From NCBI GenBank assembly GCA_018992685.1, contig JACVGT010000011.1, positions 64,001 to 128,000 of the forward strand: 64,000 nucleotides of DNA, given 5' to 3'. How positions within the stretch are numbered: position 1 is the first letter of the stretch; each line of letters begins with the position of its first letter. The notes under the pieces are model-generated. The model was not told the origin of the DNA, did not search any database, and worked only from the letters and a program-made list of their open reading frames with translations. Both the position numbers and the translations under genes were made by a program. The stretch comes from Theionarchaea archaeon. Lineage in GTDB: Archaea; Methanobacteriota_B; Thermococci; Methanofastidiosales; SZ-28-30. Positions 20,592 to 29,716 of the stretch are shown one piece after another.

Positions 20592-21680
20592 ATGCTGGCA
20601 AAAGTGGAATTGACGGCCCGCTGCAATTTGAACTGTATGCACTGCAGCGCATCCATTTATAGACCCTCTCCAGAATGGAAGACAAGCCAATTACTAGGGC
20701 TACTTGAACAGCTCATAGATAATGGATATGATAGCTTCGATCTCAAAGGGGGTGAACCGTTTATCCGTTCTGACATATTCGAGATATTGGATTTCCTGGA
20801 ACGACACGATGCTTCATTCTTTCTTTCCACCAATGGACTTCTTCTTGATGAAGAAAAGATACGCAGGGTGCTCTCCTATCAGAGGCTTTCGACCTTCACT
20901 GTCAGTCTTGACGGCGCAACGAAAGAGACACACGAGGCCATGAGAGGAAAGGGCACATTTCATCCAACTCTAGAAATCATTAGGAGGATCGCTGAAACAA
21001 GAGAAATGCTAGGTTCACAGATACGGTTTGGTCTCAACTATGCCCTGACAAAGGTCAACTACCAGGAAATCAAAGATGTCTTTCACCTTGCAGATGAGCT
21101 TGGATTCAGTGCAGTGTTTGTTCTCTGCCTGTCTCTTATCGGCAACGCTCTTGAACATAAGGGTGACCTGTTCTTGCTAGAAAGAGACGAGCTTGCTGCG
21201 CTGAAGGAAGGAGCCACTGTTCTGAGGAAGATAGATATTGCTCGTCAGATCAGAGGGCTGTCTCCACTCGAATTCAACGTTGAGTTGTTCCCCTATAAAT
21301 GGAAGTGCCGGCTGATGAAATGGTCAGGACATTACAAAGGTTTCATAACAAAGAACCAGTGTAGTGCTGGGGTCAGCGAAATATATGTCGGAGCCGACGG
21401 TACAATCTATCCGTGTGAAGGAGTGAGAGTCTTTCTGAAGATGGTGGAAGAGGAAGTTGGACATTACACACGACCAAGTGTTTGGAATTATACAATCAAT
21501 GAGGCGAGACAGGAGGAATCTTTCAAGAAGATTGTAGACTTCCTCCATGATTACGACCGATTGTTTGAGTCCATAGAGCCCTGCAACACATGCGAACACC
21601 TCAGAAAATGTACAATATGTCCCCTGTTTGCCCGGGCAGACGGAAAGGTGAATAGATGCACAGAAGAGGTGTTGATTTGA
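20592..21680 (+). CDS. Radical SAM/SPASM-domain peptide maturase 1
   Basis: CNLNCMHC, GGEP, STNG, SLDG; SPASM CSAG...GTIYPC and CNTC...CTICP...C. Confidence 0.9.
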   Translation: MLAKVELTARCNLNCMHCSASIYRPSPEWKTSQLLGLLEQLIDNGYDSFDLKGGEPFIRSDIFEILDFLERHDASFFLSTNGLLLDEEKIRRVLSYQRLSTFTVSLDGATKETHEAMRGKGTFHPTLEIIRRIAETREMLGSQIRFGLNYALTKVNYQEIKDVFHLADELGFSAVFVLCLSLIGNALEHKGDLFLLERDELAALKEGATVLRKIDIARQIRGLSPLEFNVELFPYKWKCRLMKWSGHYKGFITKNQCSAGVSEIYVGADGTIYPCEGVRVFLKMVEEEVGHYTRPSVWNYTINEARQEESFKKIVDFLHDYDRLFESIEPCNTCEHLRKCTICPLFARADGKVNRCTEEVLI

Positions 21681-21771
21681 TGTATTATTTCGAGATCTTT
21701 TCACGCGAGCAAAGACGTTGGATGAATGGAGCTGGAGTACTCTTCAGAAGATCTGGAATCTGGGTGACGTC

Positions 21772-22893
21772 ATGAAGGTGAGACTTGACATTACAACTCG
21801 GTGTAACCTCAATTGCCTCCATTGTGGAGCGACGGAATTCAAGACAGAGAGAGAATGGACAACTGAGGAAGCACTCCAAGCTTTTGAGAGCATGATTTCT
21901 TATGGTATAGACCACTTTGATTTTCTAGGCGGAGAGCCATTTATTCGCAAGGACATCCTGGAACTTTTCTCCCATTTGAGTGATCAAGGCGCGAGGATTC
22001 TCGTGGTTACCAATGGTCTACTCCTGAATGAGGAAATTATTGATTTTCTGGCCAATCTGGAAACCTTCTCCGGAATTTCTGTGAGCATTGATGGGGCATC
22101 AAGAGAAGTGCATGAGACTATTCGCGGCAAAAATACATTTGACCGTACTGTAGCGAATGTACAGGCCCTGTTATCCAGAAGAAATAGGAGAACCCCATCG
22201 TTCACTGTTGGCCTTACCTGTGTTTTGAATCGGATGAATGTTCTGGAATCTGGCGCAATGATGGAACTGGCGGATCAGATTGATGTGGATAGTGTTTCAT
22301 TCACACCTATGGGATGGATTGGCAATGCCAGGAAAAACAAAGATGACCTGTATATAGACCCCCAGGAAGAGTTCACCGCCTATGATAAGGCAATTCGCAG
22401 AGTAATCCAGATTAACAGAGTTCGTGCAATTAAGGGAAAACATCCTTTACGGTTTCCTATCGATAGCATACCTTTCACCTGGAAATATCACTTTGTGAAA
22501 AAGTATCCCTTGGTTCACCAGATAAGTGGTAAATTCAAGTGCTTGGCTGGAACGGGGACATTTCACGTGGACGGTTCAGGAGTGTTGTACCCCTGCGAGG
22601 CTGTCAAAATTCATAGAGCATCAATAGAGTCTGAGATCGGGGAGTACAGGAGCATGTCTCTGCCCGAGTACACCTTTGAAGAGATTGTCAAGAGTGGATT
22701 TTTCAAGAAAACTGTAGCATACATAAGAGATAGACATCATCTGACCGAGAACGTTGTACCATGTAAAGACTGCAAGTACGGTGATGGATGCAGCGTCTGC
22801 CCACTTCATGCGAGGTCTGAAGGAATCGTCCGTAATTGTGTGGAAGATACCATGAAGGGTGTAGTTGAAAGAGGTGATCTGCTTGAATCCTGA
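21772..22893 (+). CDS. Radical SAM/SPASM-domain peptide maturase 2 (paralog of maturase 1)
   Basis: CNLNCLHC, GGEP, VTNG, SIDG; SPASM CLAG...GVLYPC and CKDC...CSVCP...C; RBS GGTGA. Confidence 0.9.
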   Translation: MKVRLDITTRCNLNCLHCGATEFKTEREWTTEEALQAFESMISYGIDHFDFLGGEPFIRKDILELFSHLSDQGARILVVTNGLLLNEEIIDFLANLETFSGISVSIDGASREVHETIRGKNTFDRTVANVQALLSRRNRRTPSFTVGLTCVLNRMNVLESGAMMELADQIDVDSVSFTPMGWIGNARKNKDDLYIDPQEEFTAYDKAIRRVIQINRVRAIKGKHPLRFPIDSIPFTWKYHFVKKYPLVHQISGKFKCLAGTGTFHVDGSGVLYPCEAVKIHRASIESEIGEYRSMSLPEYTFEEIVKSGFFKKTVAYIRDRHHLTENVVPCKDCKYGDGCSVCPLHARSEGIVRNCVEDTMKGVVERGDLLES

Positions 22894-23497
22894 AACAACA
22901 TATGTACACTTAGGTGAAGACGTCTACTGGCACAGGGATGTTTCAAGAGTGTATATTTTCTCTGAGAAGACAGGAGAATCCATGCAAGGAAACATGACAG
23001 CAGGTAGAATCATGGAGCTCTCCGATGGAACCCGCTCTGTTGAAGAGATCGGGAAAACACTCCTGAGAGAGTTCACAGAAGGTCCGAGCTTTGAGGAGAT
23101 TCTAGAATTGGTCACTGACTTCCTCCTAGAATGTGAAAACAGAGGGTTTGTAGAACTACGAGCATCCCCGGCAGAGAAGCCTTCCTCCAGAGATCTCAAG
23201 GAATTTACACACGCTGATGTTGAAAGACTTCTCGAGGACAATGCTGTTCTGATCATAGATGAGACGGCATCTTTTGAGCTCAAAGAAGACGACAGTCTGA
23301 TTACGTACAGCGCCAGGGATGGCGAGTACCTGAAGCTCAGTAAAGAAGAGAAAGAAATCCTCACAATAATGCTGGAGGAGAAACCACTTCAGGAGGTACT
23401 CTCCGATTTTTCACAAGAGCACAAGGAAGGGTCCAGAGATATTCTCGTGGAATTCGCAACACAGTTGCTTAACAGGGGATTGGCAAGAATACAGTGA
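22883..23497 (+). CDS. Tandem PqqD/RiPP recognition element (RRE) protein
   Basis: GNMTAGRIMELSDGTRSVEEI...FLLECENRGFV is PqqD-like; second repeat LSKEEKEIL...FATQLLNRGLA. TTG start after RBS GAGGTGA. Confidence 0.8.
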   Translation: MNPETTYVHLGEDVYWHRDVSRVYIFSEKTGESMQGNMTAGRIMELSDGTRSVEEIGKTLLREFTEGPSFEEILELVTDFLLECENRGFVELRASPAEKPSSRDLKEFTHADVERLLEDNAVLIIDETASFELKEDDSLITYSARDGEYLKLSKEEKEILTIMLEEKPLQEVLSDFSQEHKEGSRDILVEFATQLLNRGLARIQ

Positions 23498-23634
23498 AGG
23501 AGTGTGTTGTGAACTGCTCTCTTCTCAAGTCTCGGTTATCACCTCCAAGTCTCGGAAAGAACAGATGGACCGGCTTAACCGAAAGATTCTTAAGATCTCA
23601 CACAACCCTTCTATAATGAGAAGGAGGCTGCCCC

Positions 23635-25455
23635 ATGATCCTGCAGAGCACAGTACCTTATAGAGAAGACATTCCTAATGCTGCATTAGGATATCTCAAA
23701 GGGTTTCTCACAGCAGAAGGCATTCCTGTCACTGCTCTTTACTGGAACCTCATTCTGGCCCGCAAGATTTCGGAATTTTACAGAGTACTGGCAGATTATT
23801 CGAAGGAGATGGGATTGTTTCATCCCGAGTCCGTTGGGCTATATATTTGCAGGAATCTGCTGACTGACCATTCTGATAATTCCAACCCAACAAAATTTGA
23901 TCTGATTTTCTCATCGATTTTTTCAAGAGAAGAGAGATCAGAGATGATCAGCTCAATACAGGATGAGATTTATCAGTATATCCAGAGGAACAGATTGCAT
24001 GAGGTACCTGTTGTTGGATTCACCTTGAAGACATATCAATGGATGCTGGGTTCCTACTTGATCCAGTGTTTCAAAGAGATGAACACTGATGTCACTATTG
24101 TGATAGGTGGGATTACTGATGAGTCCCAGGCAATCACCTACATGAAGATATTTGAATTGGCTGATTTTGCCATCTGGGGAGAGGGTGAATTCCCACTGGT
24201 GCACCTCGTGAGAACTCTGGAAGAAGGTACAGACGTTTCCGGAGTGCCTAACCTTGTATATCGGAGTGATAAGACCATTCTTTCGACAAAAGTATTTGGT
24301 GACTCGTACTCCCTCCTTGATTCATATCCTTTTGCAGATCACTCTGATTATTTTGAAACTGTGAGGAGGTTCGATCCTTTCAGGAAATACGTCACTATTC
24401 CCATATGGGGAAGCAGGGGCTGCCCATGGGACAGATGCAAATTCTGCACTTCGAGCGGAGGATACAAGTATCGCTTCCGCTCACCGGAAAACATTGTTGA
24501 AGAGATAGAGGTCCAGTCAAAAAAACACCGTGCGGACGACTTCATTTTCGTGGATACTGAACTTGCAGGCAACAAGAAGAGATTCTTGAGTCTTCTGAGA
24601 CTGCTCATGCAGAGTATCGTCAGTAGAAAAAGACCATATCGACTGAGTGGGGAAATATCTCCTCTTTCAATAGACAGAGAGACGGCGCAATACATAAAGC
24701 GTGCGGGATTCGTCAGCCTGCAGATTGGATTTGAGGCAGTCACTGACACACTCTTGAGAAAGATGCAGAAGAGGCAGATGATTGTTCACAACATTGAGAC
24801 ACTAAAGATCGGAGGTCAACATTCGCTACCTCTGAGAGGTCTCAACATCATTAGGGGAATTCCAACAGAAACCGCAGGCGATGTTCTGGAAAGTTGTATT
24901 AATTTGAAATTTTGGCGGTTCCTTCTATCTGATTTTCGTATCAGGCCCACTTTCTTCTTGCTGCACAAGAGATCTCTCTTTGACAGAGAGATGGCAGAAG
25001 AGGAAAAAGAGAAATGGAAGGCGGATTCACTCTGGGATGAGATTGTTCCAGCCCGTCTCGTGCCTGAATCTGATCGATTTGAATTCTCAAGTTTTCGAAG
25101 GGATCGGTTTGACCACCATCACCTGTGGGATATTTTTGAAGATCTCTTGATGTTCTATACAAAACAGAAAAGTTCCTATGAATGGATTGAATACCCAGAT
25201 GGTTCTCTTGTCGAAGAAAAAGGATTCAGAACCCACAAGCTCGCACTCAATCGAGAGCAGACAGATATTTTGGCTTTCTGCGATTCAGTAAAATCACTGT
25301 GTGATGTGGAAGAGAAATTCTCTCACTTGTGTGAGAATGAACTCTTTGAACTTTTAAATGGTCTGAAGACTTTGGGATTACTCTATTACGATAAGGAAAG
25401 CGGCAAGGCCATTTCGATTCTCGACACATCTAAAAGAAGAACTGAAGCGGGCTGA
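23635..25455 (+). CDS. B12-binding radical SAM enzyme (class B methyltransferase-like) with possible C-terminal RRE
   Basis: PNAALGYLK...VIGG...GEGE cobalamin domain; SRGCPWDRCKFC; QIGFE; C-terminal EQTDILAFCD...LNGLKTLGLLY. Confidence 0.85.
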   Translation: MILQSTVPYREDIPNAALGYLKGFLTAEGIPVTALYWNLILARKISEFYRVLADYSKEMGLFHPESVGLYICRNLLTDHSDNSNPTKFDLIFSSIFSREERSEMISSIQDEIYQYIQRNRLHEVPVVGFTLKTYQWMLGSYLIQCFKEMNTDVTIVIGGITDESQAITYMKIFELADFAIWGEGEFPLVHLVRTLEEGTDVSGVPNLVYRSDKTILSTKVFGDSYSLLDSYPFADHSDYFETVRRFDPFRKYVTIPIWGSRGCPWDRCKFCTSSGGYKYRFRSPENIVEEIEVQSKKHRADDFIFVDTELAGNKKRFLSLLRLLMQSIVSRKRPYRLSGEISPLSIDRETAQYIKRAGFVSLQIGFEAVTDTLLRKMQKRQMIVHNIETLKIGGQHSLPLRGLNIIRGIPTETAGDVLESCINLKFWRFLLSDFRIRPTFFLLHKRSLFDREMAEEEKEKWKADSLWDEIVPARLVPESDRFEFSSFRRDRFDHHHLWDIFEDLLMFYTKQKSSYEWIEYPDGSLVEEKGFRTHKLALNREQTDILAFCDSVKSLCDVEEKFSHLCENELFELLNGLKTLGLLYYDKESGKAISILDTSKRRTEAG

Positions 25456-25560
25456 TCCTGGCTGGCTGGAACCTTTGAGTCAGAATACACAGAGTCTGGA
25501 AAGAGAGTCTGGAGGCGCAGAAAGGAAAAGAGGTATGAAGTAGTACTGCGGTATTGAAAG

Positions 25561-27411
25561 CTATTCGGGTGCGATTTTTCTTATTTCTGCTGTTAGAATA
25601 TCGTTAATCAGCTTTCCATCCGCCTTCCCTCTTAGTTCTTTCATGCATACTCCCATCAGAGGAGCAACTGCTCGCATACCCTTCTCTTTTATTGTATCTC
25701 TGTTTTCTGCTACTATCTTCCGTACTATGTCTTCAACATCTTCTCGGGAAACTGGTTCCACTGTAATATCCTTGATCTTCTTTCCTTCTGCTATTTTTAG
25801 AAGAATATCATCCAGTGCTTCTTTTACTATTTGATGGTTGGCCAGTCTCTCGAGACAGAGTCTCAATTCATGTTCATCTTCAATGTATTTTCCCTCGTGT
25901 TCCAGTGCCTTGAGGATGTCAACCACTTTGATGAAGAGTGTTGGCTTGAGGTTCATGGTCTGGGTTTCTTCAAATACGTTCTCATATCCAGAATTGAGTA
26001 TTTTTTCTGCATGCTCCGGGGTCAGTGCGTACTCAGTGATGAACCGCTTGAGTTTTACATGAGGCAGCTCCGGCAGCTCTTTGTGGATACCTTCAATCCG
26101 TTCTCCTGAAATGACCAGTGAAGGGATATCTGTTTCTGGATACATTCGTTCTGCTCCCGGAAGAGGACGGGCATATCTGGTGTTCCCATCAGGGAGTGGT
26201 TCTCTGGTTTCTTCAGGTACTCCGGTTAGAGCCTCCTGAGCTCTGACTAACACTTCTTCAAGTGCTCTCCTTGACTTTTCTTCTTCATCAACTACCAGCA
26301 CAAAGGCGTCTTCTCCTTTCCTGTCCAATCTCTGACTGACTGCCGAAACCTCCTGGTCTGTAATTCCGTATGCGGGGAGTTCATCCGAATGGAAAATCCC
26401 TCCCACCCCCACCACTTTCGCCCTGTCAGAAAACTCGGTACCAAGCCGGCGACCTGGCTGTATCTCCTGTCCTACCAGGCCGCAGAATCCAGGAAGGATG
26501 ATACCAAGGACTCTTCCTCCTCTTTCCAGGATATTCTTGATGATTTTTGCCTTTGTGTCTGAGAAGCAGTCAGTCACATCTATAATTCCTTCATGTACAG
26601 AGGCTTTCCTCATTTCCAGCTCTCTCCGTATTTCTACAAGAGCAAGCTGCCTCTGCACTTCTCTTTCAATGTAAACAGCAATCAGATCCAGCTGCTGGAC
26701 ACCCTTGATCTCGCAGCGGGACCCCTCTTTTATAGAGATATTGAGGTCTTCCCTGATGGTGCCAAGTCCCCGCTTCACCTTGAGGGTGGCTCTCAGTACC
26801 TGTCCAATGGCAAGAGCAATATCTCTGGCTTCTTCTGGAGTTCTAATATCAGGATCTGTGGCCACTTCTATCAAGGGAATTCCCAGACGATCTAGCCTGT
26901 ATACCTTCTCTTCTCCCCTTGTTTCTATGATGCGGGCTGCATCTTCCTCTAGACAGACGGTAGGTATCCCATACTGCTTTCCTTCTACGTGCAGGACCCC
27001 ATGAGTGGCCAGGAGCAGTGTTCTTTGAAATCCAGAGGTGTTGGACCCATCGATGACAATCTTTCTCATGGTGTGCACTTCGTCTACAGGGCGTGCTCGT
27101 AGCAAGAGAGAAACTGCAAGACCTGTATCAACAGCTTCATTGCTGAGAGGGTGAGGGGGTTCTTCATCCAGTTCCACAAGGCATACGCTGTCATATCCCT
27201 GGTACACGAATGTTAGTCCCTTCTTGACCTCTGCTAAGGCTGCCTGATCGATTTTCCCTTTTTCGGAGAAAGATGGCCTTAATCTCCTTTTAATTTCGAA
27301 TTGAGGCTCATCTGTACGGAGTACTGTCGGACAGTGGCAGAAAAGCTTTCTCCCTGTATCCAACTGTTGATGGATTTCCAGCCCTACCTTCAATCCAATC
27401 TCCTCATACAT
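25561..27411 (-). CDS. gatE: Glu-tRNA(Gln) amidotransferase subunit E
   Basis: GLKVGLEIHQQL, MRKIVIDGSNTSGFQRT, LDRLGIPLIE, RMYPETD. Confidence 0.97.
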   Translation of the reverse strand: MYEEIGLKVGLEIHQQLDTGRKLFCHCPTVLRTDEPQFEIKRRLRPSFSEKGKIDQAALAEVKKGLTFVYQGYDSVCLVELDEEPPHPLSNEAVDTGLAVSLLLRARPVDEVHTMRKIVIDGSNTSGFQRTLLLATHGVLHVEGKQYGIPTVCLEEDAARIIETRGEEKVYRLDRLGIPLIEVATDPDIRTPEEARDIALAIGQVLRATLKVKRGLGTIREDLNISIKEGSRCEIKGVQQLDLIAVYIEREVQRQLALVEIRRELEMRKASVHEGIIDVTDCFSDTKAKIIKNILERGGRVLGIILPGFCGLVGQEIQPGRRLGTEFSDRAKVVGVGGIFHSDELPAYGITDQEVSAVSQRLDRKGEDAFVLVVDEEEKSRRALEEVLVRAQEALTGVPEETREPLPDGNTRYARPLPGAERMYPETDIPSLVISGERIEGIHKELPELPHVKLKRFITEYALTPEHAEKILNSGYENVFEETQTMNLKPTLFIKVVDILKALEHEGKYIEDEHELRLCLERLANHQIVKEALDDILLKIAEGKKIKDITVEPVSREDVEDIVRKIVAENRDTIKEKGMRAVAPLMGVCMKELRGKADGKLINDILTAEIRKIAPE

Positions 27412-27420
27412 GAGAGTCAC

Positions 27421-28437
27421 CTACATTGACAGTAAAAGCCAGAACACTGCACCCAGGGCAATGCTTCCGATGCCGATAAGCCCGTGATACACTGATCTCT
27501 TTTCTGAGCCTACTGCATACATCACCATCAATGTAACACCTGCAGCCCCGTTGAATGCTGCCAGATACGCAATCCTGTGCACAAAGCCCAGGGACAGAAT
27601 GTTGAACACTGCCAGAAGATAGATCCCCAGACTGAATGCCAGTGATGCCAGACAGCTCCCGACCCCTGCAAAGAATAGACTGATTCCATCACCTTCTGCA
27701 GTCAGGTCATCGAGCGCAGTCCTGATTTTCGAGGGCACAGGGAGTCTGCTGACCACCCCAGTTCCAAGAGAGAGTACTCCGAGGGCTACAGCCACCACTG
27801 CCAGTGGGAATTCCAGAGGCACTATCATATTGGCCAGAAACACTACCGTTGACAGAGCTGTACAGAAGATGAGGCTGGTGATTATGTACGCTCCGAAAAA
27901 CGGTACACCTTTCCCTTTGACTCGTGAAACAATGTGTGAATTCAGAGGCGTTAGCCCAGATATGAGTCCTGCAATCATCAGAAAAGGGAGCAGAAAAGTC
28001 TTTCCCGAAACCTGAGGAGTTGCCGTATGATCATACACGACAATGCAATCCCTGTGCTCACACAAAGCGATGTTGCAGCCACTTTCAGAACACGTTTCAA
28101 TCTTCTTCCTGATTAGTTGATGGGAGGTAGGCCCATACCCCCCAAAGTGATCCTTCCCAATGAATACCATGGGAGTGCTGTACCCTTTGAAATCCAGGTT
28201 GTACACCTGTTTGAAGAGATCATAGAGTTTTTTGCTCTCCTCTTCTGAGATCTCGTACCGGTGAATCACCATGGTAGGATACTCCAGAGATAGTTCTTGT
28301 AAGAACTCATTCATGGAGCTGCATCCTCCACAGTATTCTGATTCAAAAATAAATACATCTATGAATTTTGTGGGGATTCCGTACAGCAGAGGTACTGCAA
28401 TGATTGCCATTAACATAATAAGTACGACTTTTTTCAT
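27421..28437 (-). CDS. Thioredoxin-like (CGGC) domain fused to a CcdA-like membrane domain
   Basis: Signal/TM segment, YCGGC, cis-Pro motif STPMVFIG, multi-TM C-terminus (AGLISGLTP). Confidence 0.65.
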   Translation of the reverse strand: MKKVVLIMLMAIIAVPLLYGIPTKFIDVFIFESEYCGGCSSMNEFLQELSLEYPTMVIHRYEISEEESKKLYDLFKQVYNLDFKGYSTPMVFIGKDHFGGYGPTSHQLIRKKIETCSESGCNIALCEHRDCIVVYDHTATPQVSGKTFLLPFLMIAGLISGLTPLNSHIVSRVKGKGVPFFGAYIITSLIFCTALSTVVFLANMIVPLEFPLAVVAVALGVLSLGTGVVSRLPVPSKIRTALDDLTAEGDGISLFFAGVGSCLASLAFSLGIYLLAVFNILSLGFVHRIAYLAAFNGAAGVTLMVMYAVGSEKRSVYHGLIGIGSIALGAVFWLLLSM

Positions 28438-28438
28438 T

Positions 28439-29716
28439 CTACCACCTCTCTAGGAGAGAACGCATCGTTATCTCTCCAGCATAGTTGTGTAGCATCATCC
28501 GGCGAATCTCCTCTTCATTCTCTGTGTGACCTAAGACCCAGGCCAGTTTCAAGAACGCAACTTCGGGCAGCATGTCTTCAGCATATAGTACCCCTAGGTT
28601 GAACATTATTCGGCCGTTGGTGTATACATATGGGTTGACCCTTCCATACAGGCACTGGGTGGCAAAGGCGATGGCTACTCCCTCTTCCCTAGCCCTCTTT
28701 ATAGCTGAAATCCACGAATACTCTGGATTCACAGTATCTGTGGGCAAATGCCCCAGGGCGGTGGCTTCAATCAAGACTCCTTTATAGTGGTTATCCACCA
28801 GATAGTTCAGCAGTTCAGGGTTACAGTTGGGGTGCGCTTTAAGTAGAGCCACTTTCTCCTGGAGAGCAGTGTCTGCATGAACATCAGTGTCCTCCCGGGC
28901 TCTGTAGTCGGAAAGGTATTCAATACTGCCTGAGGGCCACACCCTGCCCAGCTCTCTTCCATTTATGGGCTGAAATGCATCCCTTCGAGTGGTGTGCATC
29001 TTTCTCACCTTGGTTCCCCGCAGCACGGAGCAGTATGTATCAGATGTTTCTCCATGCATGACGATGACCACTTCACCAATGTCAGAGAATCCTGCAGTTA
29101 TTGCTGAACAGATCAAGTTCATGGCGCCATCAAAGCTCCCTCTATCGGGAGAGCGTTGAGCACCCACCAGACACACTGGTTTCTTCAGGCCCTGGAGCAT
29201 GAAAGACAGTATGGCAGCAGTGTAGTGAAGCGTGTCTGTGCCATGTGTAACCACGACTCCTGCGACTCCCTCATTTAACTCTTTGGCCGCCAGTTCTGCT
29301 ATGATTGGATATTCCTTGAAGGTCATGGATTCAGACCCTACTCTGAAGGGAGACACCACTTTCTTGAGGGAGACGAGTTCTGCTAGCTCAGGGGTGGTGA
29401 AGAATATTTCCCTGGGCTCCATCAACATATGTACTCCGCCTGTCCTGTAATCTAATCGGGATGCTATAGTTCCCCCAGTGGCGATCATGGAAATTTCAGG
29501 AAGACCTTCTTTCTTCTCCAATTCGATCTCAGGAAAAACCTGCAGGTGTTCTTCTTCTCCCAGAACTTCAGTTCGTCCTCCCCTGAGGCCGATGTTGTAG
29601 CCATTGTCCAGTTTTATGGTAATGTGATCTTCATCTTCCAGTTCAGATCGAGGAAGGAGGATGCCCTCAAATGTCTGTGTTTCAGTTGTCACTCTGATGC
29701 GGTCTCCTGGATTCAT
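28439..29716 (-). CDS. gatD: Glu-tRNA(Gln) amidotransferase subunit D
   Basis: KLDNGYNIG, TGGTIASRLDYRTG, HGTDT, GAQRSPDR, RKMHTTRRDAF. Confidence 0.97.
   Translation of the reverse strand: MNPGDRIRVTTETQTFEGILLPRSELEDEDHITIKLDNGYNIGLRGGRTEVLGEEEHLQVFPEIELEKKEGLPEISMIATGGTIASRLDYRTGGVHMLMEPREIFFTTPELAELVSLKKVVSPFRVGSESMTFKEYPIIAELAAKELNEGVAGVVVTHGTDTLHYTAAILSFMLQGLKKPVCLVGAQRSPDRGSFDGAMNLICSAITAGFSDIGEVVIVMHGETSDTYCSVLRGTKVRKMHTTRRDAFQPINGRELGRVWPSGSIEYLSDYRAREDTDVHADTALQEKVALLKAHPNCNPELLNYLVDNHYKGVLIEATALGHLPTDTVNPEYSWISAIKRAREEGVAIAFATQCLYGRVNPYVYTNGRIMFNLGVLYAEDMLPEVAFLKLAWVLGHTENEEEIRRMMLHNYAGEITMRSLLERW

Noticed and set aside
23526-23555. Direct repeat CAAGTCTCGG x2 upstream of the B12-rSAM gene
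   Set aside because: Only two 10-bp copies and not seen at the other cluster promoters; too weak to call an operator.
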